A stretch of 64,000 bases of DNA. Origin: Octopus vulgaris (Eukaryota). Positions 13,650 through 27,297 of this stretch are shown piece after piece (position 1 is the first letter of the stretch; each line of letters starts with the position of its first letter). The notes below the pieces were generated by a model, which ran no database searches, was not told where the DNA came from, and saw only the letters and a program-made list of their open reading frames with translations. The translations under genes and the position numbers were made by a program. The stretch spans positions 58,156,001 to 58,220,000 of the forward strand of contig OX597825.1 in NCBI GenBank assembly GCA_951406725.2, given 5' to 3'.

Positions 13650-13687
<38 letters not shown>

Positions 13688-13700
13688 CCTCGTCAGAGAT
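13556..13700 (-). ncRNA. Hammerhead motif with (TA)n-expanded stem II loop
   Basis: Minus strand CTGACGA-GGCCTAT...ATAGGCT-GAAA-CAGCTG-TA; stem I weak. Confidence 0.6.
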
Positions 13701-13964
13701 TATAAAGTACTTTCAAAATATAAGTATATATATGAAACAAGATACACGTACAATTTAATATATATATATAAATATAAATATATATCCACATATACATACA
13801 CATATATATACATATGTAAAATATATACACCTATACATGTACATAAATACATAAATAGGCCAATTAAACATACGTATAAGCATATAGACAATTAATCATA
13901 TACACATATATATACATATATACTGGAACATACATATACATCCATATTCATGAATACACATATA

Positions 13965-14026
13965 TTATTTAATTATTACTAATATTATTATAATTATTAT
14001 TATTATTATTACTATTACTATTATTA

Positions 14027-14072
<46 letters not shown>

Positions 14073-14082
14073 CATTATTATT

Positions 14083-14124
<42 letters not shown>

Positions 14125-14135
14125 AATAATATTAT
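13965..14135. repeat. Compound (ATT)n/(GTT)n microsatellite
   Basis: Seen directly in the sequence. Confidence 0.9.
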
Positions 14136-14294
14136 TAGATTCAGTGTAATCTTCACTTCACAATACATATAGTAGATTCCAATATACCGTATACTACGAT
14201 ACAATATAAACAGATAGTTAGACCAGGGTTATTACAATATCATTCTTCTGCATACACATAAGTCCACGCGTGTGGGCAACAAATAGAAGCAACA

Positions 14295-14352
<58 letters not shown>

Positions 14353-14569
14353 CGTACAAATATACACCAATATCTCTATGAAAATTGTTTTTCTTTTCGT
14401 CATAACGAAATTATACATACATGTTACCACACCTAATTAATATAATTTCACAGAATATTTCGTAATAAGAGTTCATTTGTTAAGAGATAATAGATTAGTT
14501 ACAAGAGTCATATTATTCATGTACCAATGTTAAAAATTATTATTCTGATTGTTGTTATTATTATTATAG

Positions 14570-14714
14570 ACAGTGGCTGCTCTGTTACACTACTTCCTTT
14601 TGACAACTGTCTTATGGATGACTGTAGAAGCGGTTCATGTTTATCTGTCAGTGGTTGTTGTATTCAGAACACGCCAGGAATCTTTTTTGATGTGGAGTTC
14701 GATTGTGGCTTGGT
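14570..14714 (+). CDS. aGPCR exon, TM3-TM4 TVAALLHYFLLTTVLWMTVEAVHVY...SIVAW
   Basis: Acceptor attatag| and donor T|gtatgt; LLHYFLL...WM-x2-EA family-2 signature. Confidence 0.96.
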
Positions 14715-14816
14715 GTATGTATAATGATTTACTGTCTCTCTATCTCTAACTTTATCTTTTATGCACATATTTTTTCTCACCCCCTCCCATACACACGCAA
14801 ACACACACACGCAAAT

Positions 14817-14848
<32 letters not shown>

Positions 14849-15512
14849 ACACACAAACACACAAGTAAACAAATTCATTCTCAGTATTTCAGTTTTGCAA
14901 TTGGGAGTTAGTTGACAAGAAAAGCTTTTCTTGAATTACTCGAGCCCAACATATCATTCTTATTCATTTCACTGAACCAAAAATGTTGAAAAGAAAATTT
15001 GACCACGATGGGGTTTGAACTCTGGGTACTAAACTAAGTTATGTAAATTACGTCTTTTAGCATTCTTTAAGTGGATGTTACTGAATAGGCATTCAGTCTT
15101 TATTTTGCTCCGTTGTATCTGTATTATTCACTTCTACTGTTACTGAAAGTATTTGACAATCACTGCTGTAAAGCATGCAAGATATTTACATTATAACCAA
15201 TCTTGCAATATCCTAAAATACTTTAGAAGCTAGAAATTAAAATCGTGTTGTTTCAAAAATTCCCAGTCTAGAGTACAACACAGTAAAATCCAGGCTCACA
15301 AATCCAGGAGCATTAAACTCTGAGTGAAAACATTACTTTGCTGTAGTTGTTTAGCATTAAGTTAGAGTTGATGAGTCAGAACTGACTGAAGATGTTCTGT
15401 CAATGTATCAAACAGTACATTGCTCAATTTGTTCTTCCATTTTTCAAGATTGTAGAAAGGGATTTAAAGAAGTTTAGCTGCTAATTTTAGCACGTTGACG
15501 AAAGCATATAAA

Positions 15513-15586
<74 letters not shown>

Positions 15587-15589
<3 letters not shown>

Positions 15590-16310
15590 GGTGCAATGGG
15601 TAAATTGTCGCAATTTCATATTTTTAATTTTGCGCATGCGCATTGTTGGTTTTTGATTTTGTTGACTTCACTGTAAGGTAGGGTCAGATGGGCACCGTCT
15701 GTGAGAAAATCAGCACCATGACGCAATTCCCTCTACCAGAAATTTGGAAACGACATTCTATACTGCTTGGCATTCGCGCCAGAAGCTCCAATACGAACAT
15801 GTACCAAAACGAACATGTACCGAGTGTGATAAAAATCAAACAACCAGTCAACATCATGGTGTTTGGAGTGATCACTAGTGATGGCAATGTTATGCCTATG
15901 TTCATCTTCCCACATGGCCTCATACTCAACACGGAGGCTAACATCAAGTGCCTGGAGGAAGTAGTGCTGCCCTAGGTCAAGAGGGTGGCTGCTTGAAAAC
16001 CTTATATCTGGCAACAAGACTCTGTACCATGCCACACAAGCAGAACCCAGTCATAGCTGTCAGACAATTTCTCCAACCACATCACCCCTAACATCTGGCC
16101 ACCTAACTCCCCAGACTGCAGCCCCCTTGATTATTGAAGGGGGGCGCAGTTGAGCGAGAAACCAACAAAACTCCTTATAACACAAAAGATGAACTGAAGG
16201 CAACATTCACCAACTTAAACAAGGAGACCGTCCAGAAGAGTTGCAAGAGATTTCGAAGTCGTCTGGAACCAATGACGACTTTATTCAATAAATTTACTTT
16301 GTATTTACTC
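15587..16310 (+). mobile_element. Tc1/mariner-superfamily relic, DD37D (maT)-like, internally deleted
   Basis: TA-CAGGGTG terminus; IMVFGVITSDG, WQQD...WPPNSPDCSPLD with about 36-37 residues between the catalytic Ds; homologous to 61802-62659. Confidence 0.8.
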
Positions 16311-16414
16311 TGTCATGAACGTAATATATTCAACATATATATTTTAGGGAGTGCCACAAAAAGAATTCGTGCTTTAACATAATCAGCTTGGAAGAAACGA
16401 GATGTCAGTTAGAT

Positions 16415-16702
16415 CACCGTGACCAACTAGGCTATCAGATGTTGCTACACATCGCTGGTTACAATGCACTTCGCATTGTTTTAGCCTTCAAATGATGCCA
16501 CCCCGCTGGCTAAGCGAGCAGGCCAACAGAAGAAAGAGTGAGAAAAAGTTGTGGCGAAAGCGTACAGCAGGGATCGCCACCACCCCCTGCCGGAGCTTCG
16601 TGGAGCTTTAGGTGTTTTCGCTCAATAAACACTCACAACGCCCGGTCTGGGAATCGAAACCGCGAGTCCGCTGCCCTAGCCACTGGGCAATTGCACCTCC
16701 AC
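16415..16702 (-). mobile_element. tRNA-derived SINE (same head as 34021, different tail)
   Basis: Minus-strand head GGAGGTGCAATTGCCCAGTGG..GTTTCGATTCC; imperfect TSD gtcagttagat/gtcaattagat. Confidence 0.8.
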
Positions 16703-17116
16703 GTCAATTAGATGAATAACTTAAGAGTTACCCATCATGTACTTTCACCTAATGCTCCAACTAATATACGAGCGTGAGGGAATTTCTGTTGCCGCGCATG
16801 TAATTTACTCTTCATACCGTCGTCCAGAACTTCCAGCAACATTTTTACTTTTCGTTTCCCCTAGAAACATATTCTTGATAGAATTGGAGTTGATACTACG
16901 GGTACATATTTTCTAGAATCCAAGAATAAATGATAAAAAGTGACCGGAGTATGGCAGGAAATAAAGTAGTAATTTCTTTTGAAGTAGACATATTTCCTGG
17001 ACAAAATAAAACACCAACAAACAAAAAAACAAAGACAAAAACAGTCAATTGAATCGATTCAGAAGCCGCTTATTTATGATTTTTTAAATTAATATGTACG
17101 CAAATATTGTTGACAG

Positions 17117-17189
17117 GTCTTCCAGCAGTCATTGTCATAATCACTCTGGCAATCAACTACACAAACAATTACATAAGAATTGCCCAAGT
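17117..17189 (+). CDS. aGPCR exon, TM4/ECL2 (C)LPAVIVIITLAINYTNNYIRIAQ(V)
   Basis: Acceptor tgacag| and donor GT|gtaagt; phases match both neighbours. Confidence 0.93.
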
Positions 17190-17545
17190 GTAAGTATTAT
17201 TGTTTTATTCATATCTGTACTCTGATCTCCTCGACTAATATTTTGCTAGACTTATTTATATACTTAGTACTATAGAATAGAACAGGAGATAAGTACCATC
17301 AAACTAATACCGCAACTTTTGTGGCTGATAGCAATCCTCCTTCACTAACATCGTTAACGCATTTTTTCTGAGAAGCATGAGTATCAATGATCTCATTTGT
17401 TCTCAATTCAATCTAAAACTAAATATCTATTGATGAAAGTAACATACAAAACGAAAACAAAACATTGCATATTCAACTTAATTATTACATAACATAGAAT
17501 ATATCGTATCAATTGCTAATTAAAATCTCTCTATTTATACTAAAA

Positions 17546-17936
17546 CTAGCAGTATCGCCCGGCGTTGCTTAGGTTTGTTTCGACCCTTTAGAATTGGAAT
17601 GTTTGAAAAGTAAAAGTTTTGCATTGTTATTAGCTTGTTATTCTCTTTAAGTGAACATTTTTCTGGTTGAAATACACCGGAAAAAGGCGACACAGCAGTC
17701 AAAAATCGTAAAAAATAGGGATTTTCATAGAAAAAAAGCACCTTTTTGATGTAAATAATTTTTGGTCTTAACATGGTCCGATTTGAATTTTATCTTCTAC
17801 GGAATGAAGAACAAGCCTTCTTCTATCATACTCTCAATTTTGGTCAACTTGCACCGCAGGGTCTCGGAGGAGATAGTATTAGTTGAAGGCAACCAAACCT
17901 GCCATACACAGACAACTTCAGCTTTATATATATAGA
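17546..17936 (-). mobile_element. Non-autonomous Helitron, 391 bp
   Basis: TC start, hairpin plus CTAG end, A|T target; same termini as 9326-10965. Confidence 0.85.
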
Positions 17937-19736
17937 TTTGGGATTCTTGAAACAAGACATGATGGTGACGGTATTTCCATCAATAATTGCGGCTAAAATT
18001 CGTTAAAACAAACAGGATCCCCCGCTTCTTTCATTGTAAGTGTCAAAAAGAGAACTGTCTTATTGATAAGCAACAGTCTCAAGGACGAGATCTTGAAAAG
18101 TCATTAGCTCCGACCTACGTGAGATAGAAAACTTTTCAATCAAAGATTGCAAAACATGACAATGCAATGAGTAAACTTTCTAAACTTTGGAACCTTTGAA
18201 CTCTGATAAATCAAGAAAAAAAAAACTTTCTAGGTTTTTTCAAACGAGGATTTCCAAAGACCTCCTCACTGTCCACTATTCATATAACTTTATATTAATA
18301 CCTCAGCTTCTCGTCCTCTTTTCATTTAAATTTCATTTTCTAATTTTTTAAGATAGCTTTTTTTAATATTTTCCACTTTTCTTTTTTCATTCTTCATTTT
18401 TCAATTTTTCATTTTGTCAGTTCTCCACGGTTTTCTCTCCATTGCTCAATTCTACCATCTTTCACTCTTAGCCTTTGGTTTCCCCATCGATAAACCATTA
18501 ACCTTTTATGTATCACCTCCTTCTTCTACATGTTCATTTTTTCCTCCTAGCTCAGCTTTACTTCTCTTAGTAAAGTTGCCTCGGAATCTTGGACCTAACA
18601 AACGTGATAATAATGGAACGCAACAAATAGTGAGACAGTGCTGGATAGAACTTTTAAATCCATGCAATGATAGAAAACATTCCAGTGTCATCAGTTTATC
18701 TTTTTGTATCAATATATTTTGTCATATTTTCTTTTGACATCTTGCTGTTTATTTCAAATATTAAAGTACTGAGATTCCTCAACAACAGTTCCAGACTTTT
18801 ACAGTCTTAACTTCATCATCACTCCCACTCACCATCCTACTACGGCGTCACTCTGTTATCTCTCTATACTAGAATGCAATGAGTATCTACTACCATCACA
18901 TCCCACAACTGACGCTTGCCTCATTGCCACTAGAAAGAAGTTAATCCGTCTGGATGCATACCATCAGCTCTACTTGAGCCTATATATTTGGGTATAATGG
19001 CGCAACATTAAGACAACTGAACGACGTTAAATGAATAACCTGACTGCGATTTTCCTGACTGAGGAAAACGATAATCATTGACTTTTGCAGTCTTAACTTC
19101 AAAAATTATTAGTGTGAGTCTACCTCTTTATAGGTCCACTGTGATTGGTGAAACATTACTCCCGGATGTTTACATTTTCACCATTTGAAACGTAAACGTC
19201 ATCTGTCAGCTGTTTATTTTTGATTTGTGATTAATATATCTTATCTTTGCTTTATTATAAGTAGTGATTCCTTCATAAATCACTTTTGTGAATAAGCCTG
19301 TATAAGAGACTTATATTGTGTACTAATGTTTACCTGTCTAGTTTTGTTTGTGTGGTGTGATACAATGCATTGCAATTGCTCTTAAATACATAATGAGTCG
19401 ATAGTGATGTTATACATCTATACAGAATGCACCGTAAAATATAAATAATTAATGATGGAAAAAATTAGCCATAACAAAACACGATACGATATCAAATCAA
19501 ACGCACAAATAATATACATTAAGATAACATTTGCCGGCGATATGATCTGATGATCAAAATTTCTTATACAAAGAGGCAACAATACACGGCAAAACTACTT
19601 CATGTTAAAGCAAAGGCTATTGGGATCTTGAAAGATTTATTACTGGTATTGAGAAGCAAAATGCAAGGAGCACGTGAAATTCTTAATAAAAATGATAAAA
19701 CTAGAACATTTCCATTATATGTTTATAAAATAACTT

Positions 19737-19797
<61 letters not shown>

Positions 19798-19819
19798 CAT
19801 ACATACATACATACATACA

Positions 19820-19850
<31 letters not shown>

Positions 19851-19901
19851 GCATACATATATATATATATATGCACACATGTACACACACTCACACATAC
19901 G

Positions 19902-19937
<36 letters not shown>

Positions 19938-19952
19938 AATATACATATAAAT

Positions 19953-20015
<63 letters not shown>

Positions 20016-20216
20016 GGAAATGTGTGTCTTGTGGTGTCAGAATATTGACAGACTGGATAAGAACATTTTAGTTATCAATGTACATAACTCACAGCAAGTA
20101 TGAGGAAGTTTTCTCGCCACTTCACCTTAATCTCTCTGTGACATTTCAGTTAATTTATTGAATATTCGACGAATTTCATTTCGTAAATGTCTTCTTTTAT
20201 TTTCATTTATTTGTAG

Positions 20217-20605
20217 CTGTTGGTTGTCCAAGACATCTTTCTACGCTGCTTTTCTGTCTCCTGTGGCAATCGTCCTCACCGTCAACCTTACAGTGTTTTT
20301 TCTCGTTATCTGGCGTCTTATCTCAGTACAAAATAAGAGGAAATTTGAACACAAAGCAAGAAAAGTACGTGTTTTGGGCTTCGTTGGTCTCTTTTTCCTC
20401 CTTGGAATATGCCTGACTTTAGCATTCTTCGCGTTTGGCGAAGCAGCCGAAGTGTTTAAGTTTCTTTTTGTCATCTTCAATACATTTCAAGGGTCGTTTA
20501 TCTTCGTATTCTACTGTATATACAAGAAAGATACTAGAGATGTAATCAGAAAGGATATCTATAAACGAAAGAGAATGAATCTGCGGAATTATACCACGAG
20601 CAGAG
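20217..20605 (+). CDS. aGPCR exon, ECL2 CWL and TM5-TM7 (FNTFQGSFIFVFYC)
   Basis: Acceptor ttgtag| and donor G|gtaagt; CWL and N-x2-QG-x-FIF motifs; lies within ORF 20158-20910. Confidence 0.96.
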
Positions 20606-20814
20606 GTAAGTGTGATTTGGTATTTCTTATTTCTACAACAACCAAAACCAATACCAGTATTGTTATGATGGTGATAATCACAAATATAATTTCCACCAAC
20701 ACCACTGCTATCGTCACCATGATAGACGCCAACAAAAATATCAACACCGCTGTCGTTGTCGCCATCATCATCTTCATCGTCAGCAGTAACATCTGTGCAA
20801 ACATTTTGAGTGTA

Positions 20815-20865
<51 letters not shown>

Positions 20866-21003
20866 CATGGGAAAATGCGAGCATGGAAAGTAATATTCTT
20901 AAGATTATAAACCTGGAAAAGTACAGGACAGGTTATTACACCTGGAAACGAATAGGACAAGCTATTACTTCTAATTAAGTAAAGAATAAGAAAGTTATAT
21001 ATA

Positions 21004-21039
<36 letters not shown>

Positions 21040-21053
21040 TGTATGTATGTATG

Positions 21054-21084
<31 letters not shown>

Positions 21085-21409
21085 TGTATGCATGGATTGA
21101 TAGATGGATGGATGGATGGATATATTTGTGTTTGTGTCTGTGTTTATCTCTCCACCATCTCTTGACAACCGATGACGTTTACGTCCCCGTATTCTAGCGG
21201 TTTGGCAAAAGAAACCGATAGAATAAGTACCAGGGTTACAAAGAATAAGTCCAAAGGTCGGTTTCTTCGACTAAAAGTATGGCCACAGTCAAAATAATTG
21301 AAACAAAAGAGCAAAAAAATAAAACAATCAAAGAATAGTGTATGTATGTATGTATGTATGTATGTATGTATGTATGTATGTATCTATGTATGTATGTACA
21401 TATGTATGT

Positions 21410-21870
21410 TATGTCAGGTCACTTTCGAGTGCTACCGGTAACATGTAACCCAGTACAACCTGTTGCATGGTCAGGTCGTCGGCGACTAAACCGGCAGCCC
21501 CACCAAGCTCGCTTGGTGAGGAGGGTGTTTATTGGAAACCCTGCGGGATGAAAAATAAAACCCGTCAAAGGGCGGAGGAACTCTTGAGAGTCAATGGCCA
21601 TCTTAAGGCTATATCATGCGCGGGGACATAGAAATAATCGAACTGAATACCCGATCGCGCGGTTAAACCATTGGGAGTGAAGGACTCCTAGCCTTTGTTA
21701 GTACATCCTTCTAGGAGAAGGTAACTCAGGTAACTGGGATAACTCCGACATAAATCTGCGGCTCAGTGGTTACCGATGATGTTGACTTGTTCTTCTTTTC
21801 GGATTATGGCTGATGTTGCTTAGTGAGTGGGATTGACTCAGTGCACTGCCTTTCCTCACTAAAAAAATAT
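21410..21870 (+). mobile_element. Unclassified GC-richer interspersed repeat, possibly LINE-UTR derived
   Basis: Abrupt composition shift between (ATGT)n tracts; no ORF. Confidence 0.3.
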
Positions 21871-21950
21871 TCTTGCACAGGTATTGCACGATAACAACAT
21901 CGATTAAGCTTCGTGCAATGGCCATACTCGATAACGAGGGGGCAGCCACC

Positions 21951-21983
<33 letters not shown>

Positions 21984-22076
21984 TGTATGTATGTATGTAT
22001 GTATGTATGTATAAGGTCTGGGAATTGCGAGGTATAAAAATTAATATTTTATATCGTTTTCTCATTGCATTTCTAG

Positions 22077-22126
22077 GTTCAAGCTCTACTAATGAAGCAA
22101 ATAAAACAGCAAACACGAAGTTATAA
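22077..22126 (+). CDS. aGPCR terminal exon (G)SSSTNEANKTANTKL*
   Basis: Acceptor ttgcatttctag|, phase-compatible, TAA stop; candidate AATAAA at 22494-22499. Confidence 0.8.
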
Positions 22127-22832
22127 ATGAAAATCCAAGAAATGTTTTCAAGAACCGTCTATGAATATATTTTTCATCTTAAACTAAATTTTCTTATATT
22201 TTTAAATAAATTACGTTTGTACTTATCAATACAACAGCATGCAGCCGGCAGACTATAATCCACAATCTTATTTAAACAAGTTTCACTGCCGGACTATTGT
22301 TTGAATATTATACTCTCGACCTACTTTTTATGTTATTTTGAATTGAAAGTGTTGGATTGACTTTTTGTTTTTATCTATATTTGCTTCTTCATAAGACACA
22401 CCTACCAGTTGATGTGAAGATATAAACCTTTTTGGTGTGTTTTCCCTTTTTTATATATTTTCCTTCTTCCTTTGTTTATCTATGACAAGTCGCAATAAAC
22501 TTCCAACAATTGAATGGAATATTTTCATTGATGTAAAATAGTACATGTATTTCAAGTTAAAAATATTAACAGTGATCTTAAGTAATATTTTATGAATACG
22601 GAAAATTGTTATTCAATGAACGTATGGGGTACAGGAACATGTTGTGATGCAATAATAAAACCTATAAATTTCCATACGAAAGTTATTATTGTTATTATTA
22701 GAATAATGCTAAGCTGAAAAGAGTTCCACAGTGTATAACCATACCATCGGATTACCCTGAAAGATGAAATTAATAGGTGGTAGACGATAAAGTGCATTCT
22801 GAAGTTTCTACCCAAACAAAACTAAACGGATA

Positions 22833-22907
<75 letters not shown>

Positions 22908-24760
22908 AACGATCTTGGATCTGGTATTGACCAATCACTTTAGCTTCGTTCACAGTATTTCAGTTGAAAAAACTCTCCTCTCAGACCACGACATGGTACT
23001 CTGCAATTTTAATTCCCGACATATAAAAACCAAACCAGCCAATCCCACTCCATGGCACTCATTTGACAACATAAACTTCCACAAAGTCGACTGGGGAACA
23101 ATCAGAAAGGATCTGTCTTTCATCGACTGGTCTTTTACTCTCAATTCCACCCATATTGAGACCGCATGGCAGCACTTTGACAACATTGTCACCTATATAT
23201 GCTCTAAACACGCTCCCACGAAATCTACTAACACAAACAGAAACCAGCTCCCTAAAAAGAAAAAAAACACTCATCAGGCGCATCAAAAAACTCAACAAAA
23301 AAAATCAACCAATTAAAATATTCCCACATACAACATCCACATTCAACAATAATGAAAAGGCTAGAGCTGGAAAAACTTCATCTGTAGACCGACATGAAAA
23401 CCTCCATTGAAAATCAAAGAGCTGTGGAGGAACAGTGGGTAATCAAAAACATCAAACAAAACCCAAAAGTGTTCTATTCTTATGCAAATAAGCATAGAAC
23501 CACTGTCTCACCCATTGGGCCATTGATTGATGATAACGGCATTCCCCAACACGATGCTAAAGAAATGGCAGAAATACTGCAGAAACAATACTGCTCTGTC
23601 TTTAGTGTTCCCACTGATATTGACGTAAGAGAAGCGAACGAAGTTGACTCCCAACATAAAATCTCAGACATAACCTTCACTGCAACTGACATCATAGCAG
23701 CAATAAATGAGGTCAAATACTACTCTGCTGTAGGCCCTGATAGATTCCCCGCTAGTCCCCTGAAGGAATGTAGACACCAACTTGCAGTCCCTCTGACCAA
23801 CCTCTGGAGAAATTCGTTAGACGCAGGTTATATACCGAAACAGTTTCTATCCCAGTCAGTCATCCCGGTTTTCAAACAGGGAAACAGATCCCTCGCGCTC
23901 AACTATCGCCCAATCTCACTCACCTCCCACATCATTAAAGTGTTTGAAAGAGTGTTAAGATCAAGGATAGCTGACTTCCTGGAGACCCACAAACTCCTAA
24001 ATGCAAATCAGCATGGCTTTCGCTGTGGCAGGGACTGTCTAACACAGCTCTTACACCATATTGAAGATGTACTCAAAGCCTTGGGAACAGGTTCGAACTC
24101 TGATGTCATATATCTTGACTTCAGTAAAGTGTTCGACAGGGTAAACCATAATATCCTACTCTCAAAATTGGCAAATATTGGAATCCGTGGAAAAGTCCTA
24201 CACTGGATTAAATATTTCCTGGCGAATAGAACACAACATGTTGTAGTTGATGGAGTCCACTCAAGCCCAGCAAAAGTCACCAGCGGTGTCCCCCAGGGAA
24301 CTGTCTTGGGTCCGCTACTCTTCATAATTTACATAAACGACCTTTCCAGTGTCGTACATTACTGCTAAGTGAAAATATTTGCTGATGACACTAAGCTCCA
24401 GCAAATCGTCAATGAAGAAGCAGACCGAACTCAACTCCAGTCTGATCTATATGCTGTGAGTCAATGGACAGACAGAAACGAAATGCAACTGAACGAGGGA
24501 AAATTTGAGCTGATGCATTTTGGAAGAAACTCCTCACTAAAACAACCATACTCTCTTCCTTCAGGGGAACCGCTCACAGCCTCTAACAATATCAGAGACC
24601 TGGGTGTAATTGTTGATGACGATCTCAGTTGGAGTGCACACATCAACAAGAAGGTCGATATAGCTCGTAGGATGAGTTCCTGGATCTTAAGAACTTTCCG
24701 GTCCAGAGAACAAGGTGTCATCATACCACTTTCCTCCTCCTTTGTACGGCCACACCTAGG
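22908..24760 (+). mobile_element. CR1-like LINE ORF2 fragment (end of endonuclease plus reverse transcriptase), pseudogenised
   Basis: LDLVLTN..SDH, NYRPISLTS, QHGFR, YLDFSK, GVPQGTVLGPLLF, FADDTK; frameshift at the poly-A near 23260 and stop at 24366-24368. Confidence 0.93.
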
Positions 24761-26086
24761 AACTAGGAAGTGATTTACGACCCTCACCCCCACGACAAAA
24801 CTCTAAGACCTATTATCAGTCACTTATCTCTATATCACAAAACTTTTGTTTTACTATTACTTATATCTTTTTTTTCTTTTTTTTCTTTTTTTTTTCTCCC
24901 TTACATCTAGTTAGTTCAGGTTATATATATATATACGTATGTATGTGTGTATGTATGTATGTATGTATGTATGTATGTATGTATGTATGTATGTACGTAT
25001 GTATGTATGTGTGTATGCACGTACGTATGCATGTGCGTATGTATGTATATGCGCACGTATGCATGTGCGTATGTATGTGTGTGTGCGTATGTGTGTTTAT
25101 GCGTGTGTGTGTGTGTGTATGAGTGTGTATGAGTGTAATAGGACATATGTATGTTGAAGTGGATAAGCATATATGAGTATATAATTTAAGGTTATAAGTG
25201 TGAATGGATACAACGTTTAGATGCAACTGTGCACATATAACCATATACATATACACAAGTACACACAATCATATAGACACACTCATAAACTTATAACCTT
25301 AAATTGAGGTTACAGAAAGGTACACAGAAAAAAAAACAAGAAGAGAAACAAGGAGAGAAAAAAATGTGTGTAGTGACTAACGATACCATTCATATATATA
25401 TACAATATAGTCTAGTTTCCAAAAAATTTTTTAAATCTTTGGTTGATGGAGATATATAATCAAAGCAGGTACCAATATACACTTCTACCAATCGATAATG
25501 CTGGTTTACATAATTGAGTTTATGTACTTTCAGTTGGTTGGTTTAACTATTCTTCGTACCTTCTCAACGCCAATCACTTCAAGGAAAAGAGTGAATAAAG
25601 AATATCCAATTTTTTATTATACAGTCATTAAAGTTCTTCCATTTTCTCCTACGTAACGTTTCAGCCGCTATCAAGGTGCATTATACGCATCTTTTAGTGC
25701 GCTATGTTGCTGCAATCCAAGGGTTTCATCAGGGCAATTTGACCGCTATTTTGATGTCTTCGAAATGGCAAATAATTTCAACCGAAAATATTCTCTTTTA
25801 TTTTTTTTTTTGTTTAATGAACCGCCTGGTTGTATCGTTTTAAGAATAGCTCACGCTAATTTTTTTACCCTACTGGTCAAAGGAAGGAATTAACTTCCGT
25901 AAATGTAGGTCATACTACTATTCATCGCTTTGGTTTCCGTAAGATCAATTTACTGTAATTAATGTTTGTAGCGTTGTCACCCCTAGTTCATTCGTTTACT
26001 ACTACACCTACTACTCCACGACCACTCCTATAATTTTTATTTTTATTACTATGACTTATATCTTTATTATTATTATTAGCTACTAA

Positions 26087-26450
26087 GGCGACGAGCTGGC
26101 AGAAACGTTAGCACGCCGAGCGAAATGCGTAGCCGTATTTCGTCTGCCGTTACGTTCTCAGTTCAAATTCCGCCGAGATCGACTTTGCCTTTCATCCTTT
26201 CGGGGTCGATAAATTAAGTACCAGTTACGCACTGGGGTCGATATAATTGACTTAATCCGTTTGTCTGTCCTTGTTTGTCCTCTCTGTGTTTAGCCCCTTG
26301 TGGGTAGTAAAGAAATAGGTATTTCGTCTGCCACTACGTTCTGAGTTCAAATTTCACCGAGGTCAACTTTGCCTTTCATCCTTTTCTTCACGGTTGTGCC
26401 CCAGCATGACCGCAGTCTAATGATTGGAACAAATAAAAGGTAAAAGGTAC
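26087..26450 (+). mobile_element. SINE with Nin/Deu-like central domain, plus partial tandem copy
   Basis: GCCTTTCATCCTTTCGGGGTCGATAAATTAAGTACC domain; near-identical copies at 32641, 35575 (-) and 63152. Confidence 0.85.
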
Positions 26451-27297
26451 TAATATAAGTAGATATTTCTCAATTACTGTTCATATAATCTAATTTAATT
26501 TTACGGATATCTAAATTAATTGTTTAGCATATTTTGCTCTGTAATATATTTATTATCAACTATATTATTAAATCAAATATTAGTTTACATTACTAGTTTT
26601 ATTTAATATTAATCATTATGCAATTATTTGTACCTATTGTACAAATGTTTAGTCTGATGGACACAACGCATTACTCTTTCACATCTGTGGTTAATCAATT
26701 TAAATTTAGATGTTACCTTCATTATAACTATTGCTATTAATGTTAGTATTATTGTTTTAATTACTTAGGCTGCTATTTACATTTTTAACATTATCGATTG
26801 CTTTGTTAATCTTTTTAGATAGCAAGTTTACCGTTTTAAATCCTTCTGAGTGGTTACAATGAATTATTTCTCTTATTTCGTTTACTTTACGGGCTACACT
26901 TGTATTAAATTTACTTGTATTGTTATCAATTTGGAATTTGTTTACATTATTTCTACTCTCGTTTTCGTAGAAATTATTCCATATATAGCCGCGTTTTATG
27001 CGGCTATTATTTGTGCAATGTCCTTCGATTTACAGAAAGCTATTTTTATTCTGTGCCAGTTGAATGTCCTTTAGTATTTATTGTTCTTGGAAAAATGTAT
27101 GTTAATTGCTGAATAAAATAGTTCCGGGATATTATCGCTAATTTGTTTCCTGAATGATATGATGAACCATTCTCTATAACTTTTAAATCCGTTTTTATAG
27201 AAGTTAGTGCTTTTTTATGCGTGGGTATTGTTTTTTATGCGATTTATTTAAATGTACCATCTGTTTATTATTATTTCTATTACTTTCTTTATTTTAC

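Larger units (their letters stand above)
1512..22126 (+). other. Adhesion GPCR gene (GAIN/GPS + secretin-like 7TM, ADGRG-like); last 10 coding exons, 5' part outside the window
   Basis: Ten GT-AG bounded exons with compatible phases (1510 nt in total) give one uninterrupted frame of about 502 aa containing GPS, seven hydrophobic segments and a stop at 22124-22126. Confidence 0.93.
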
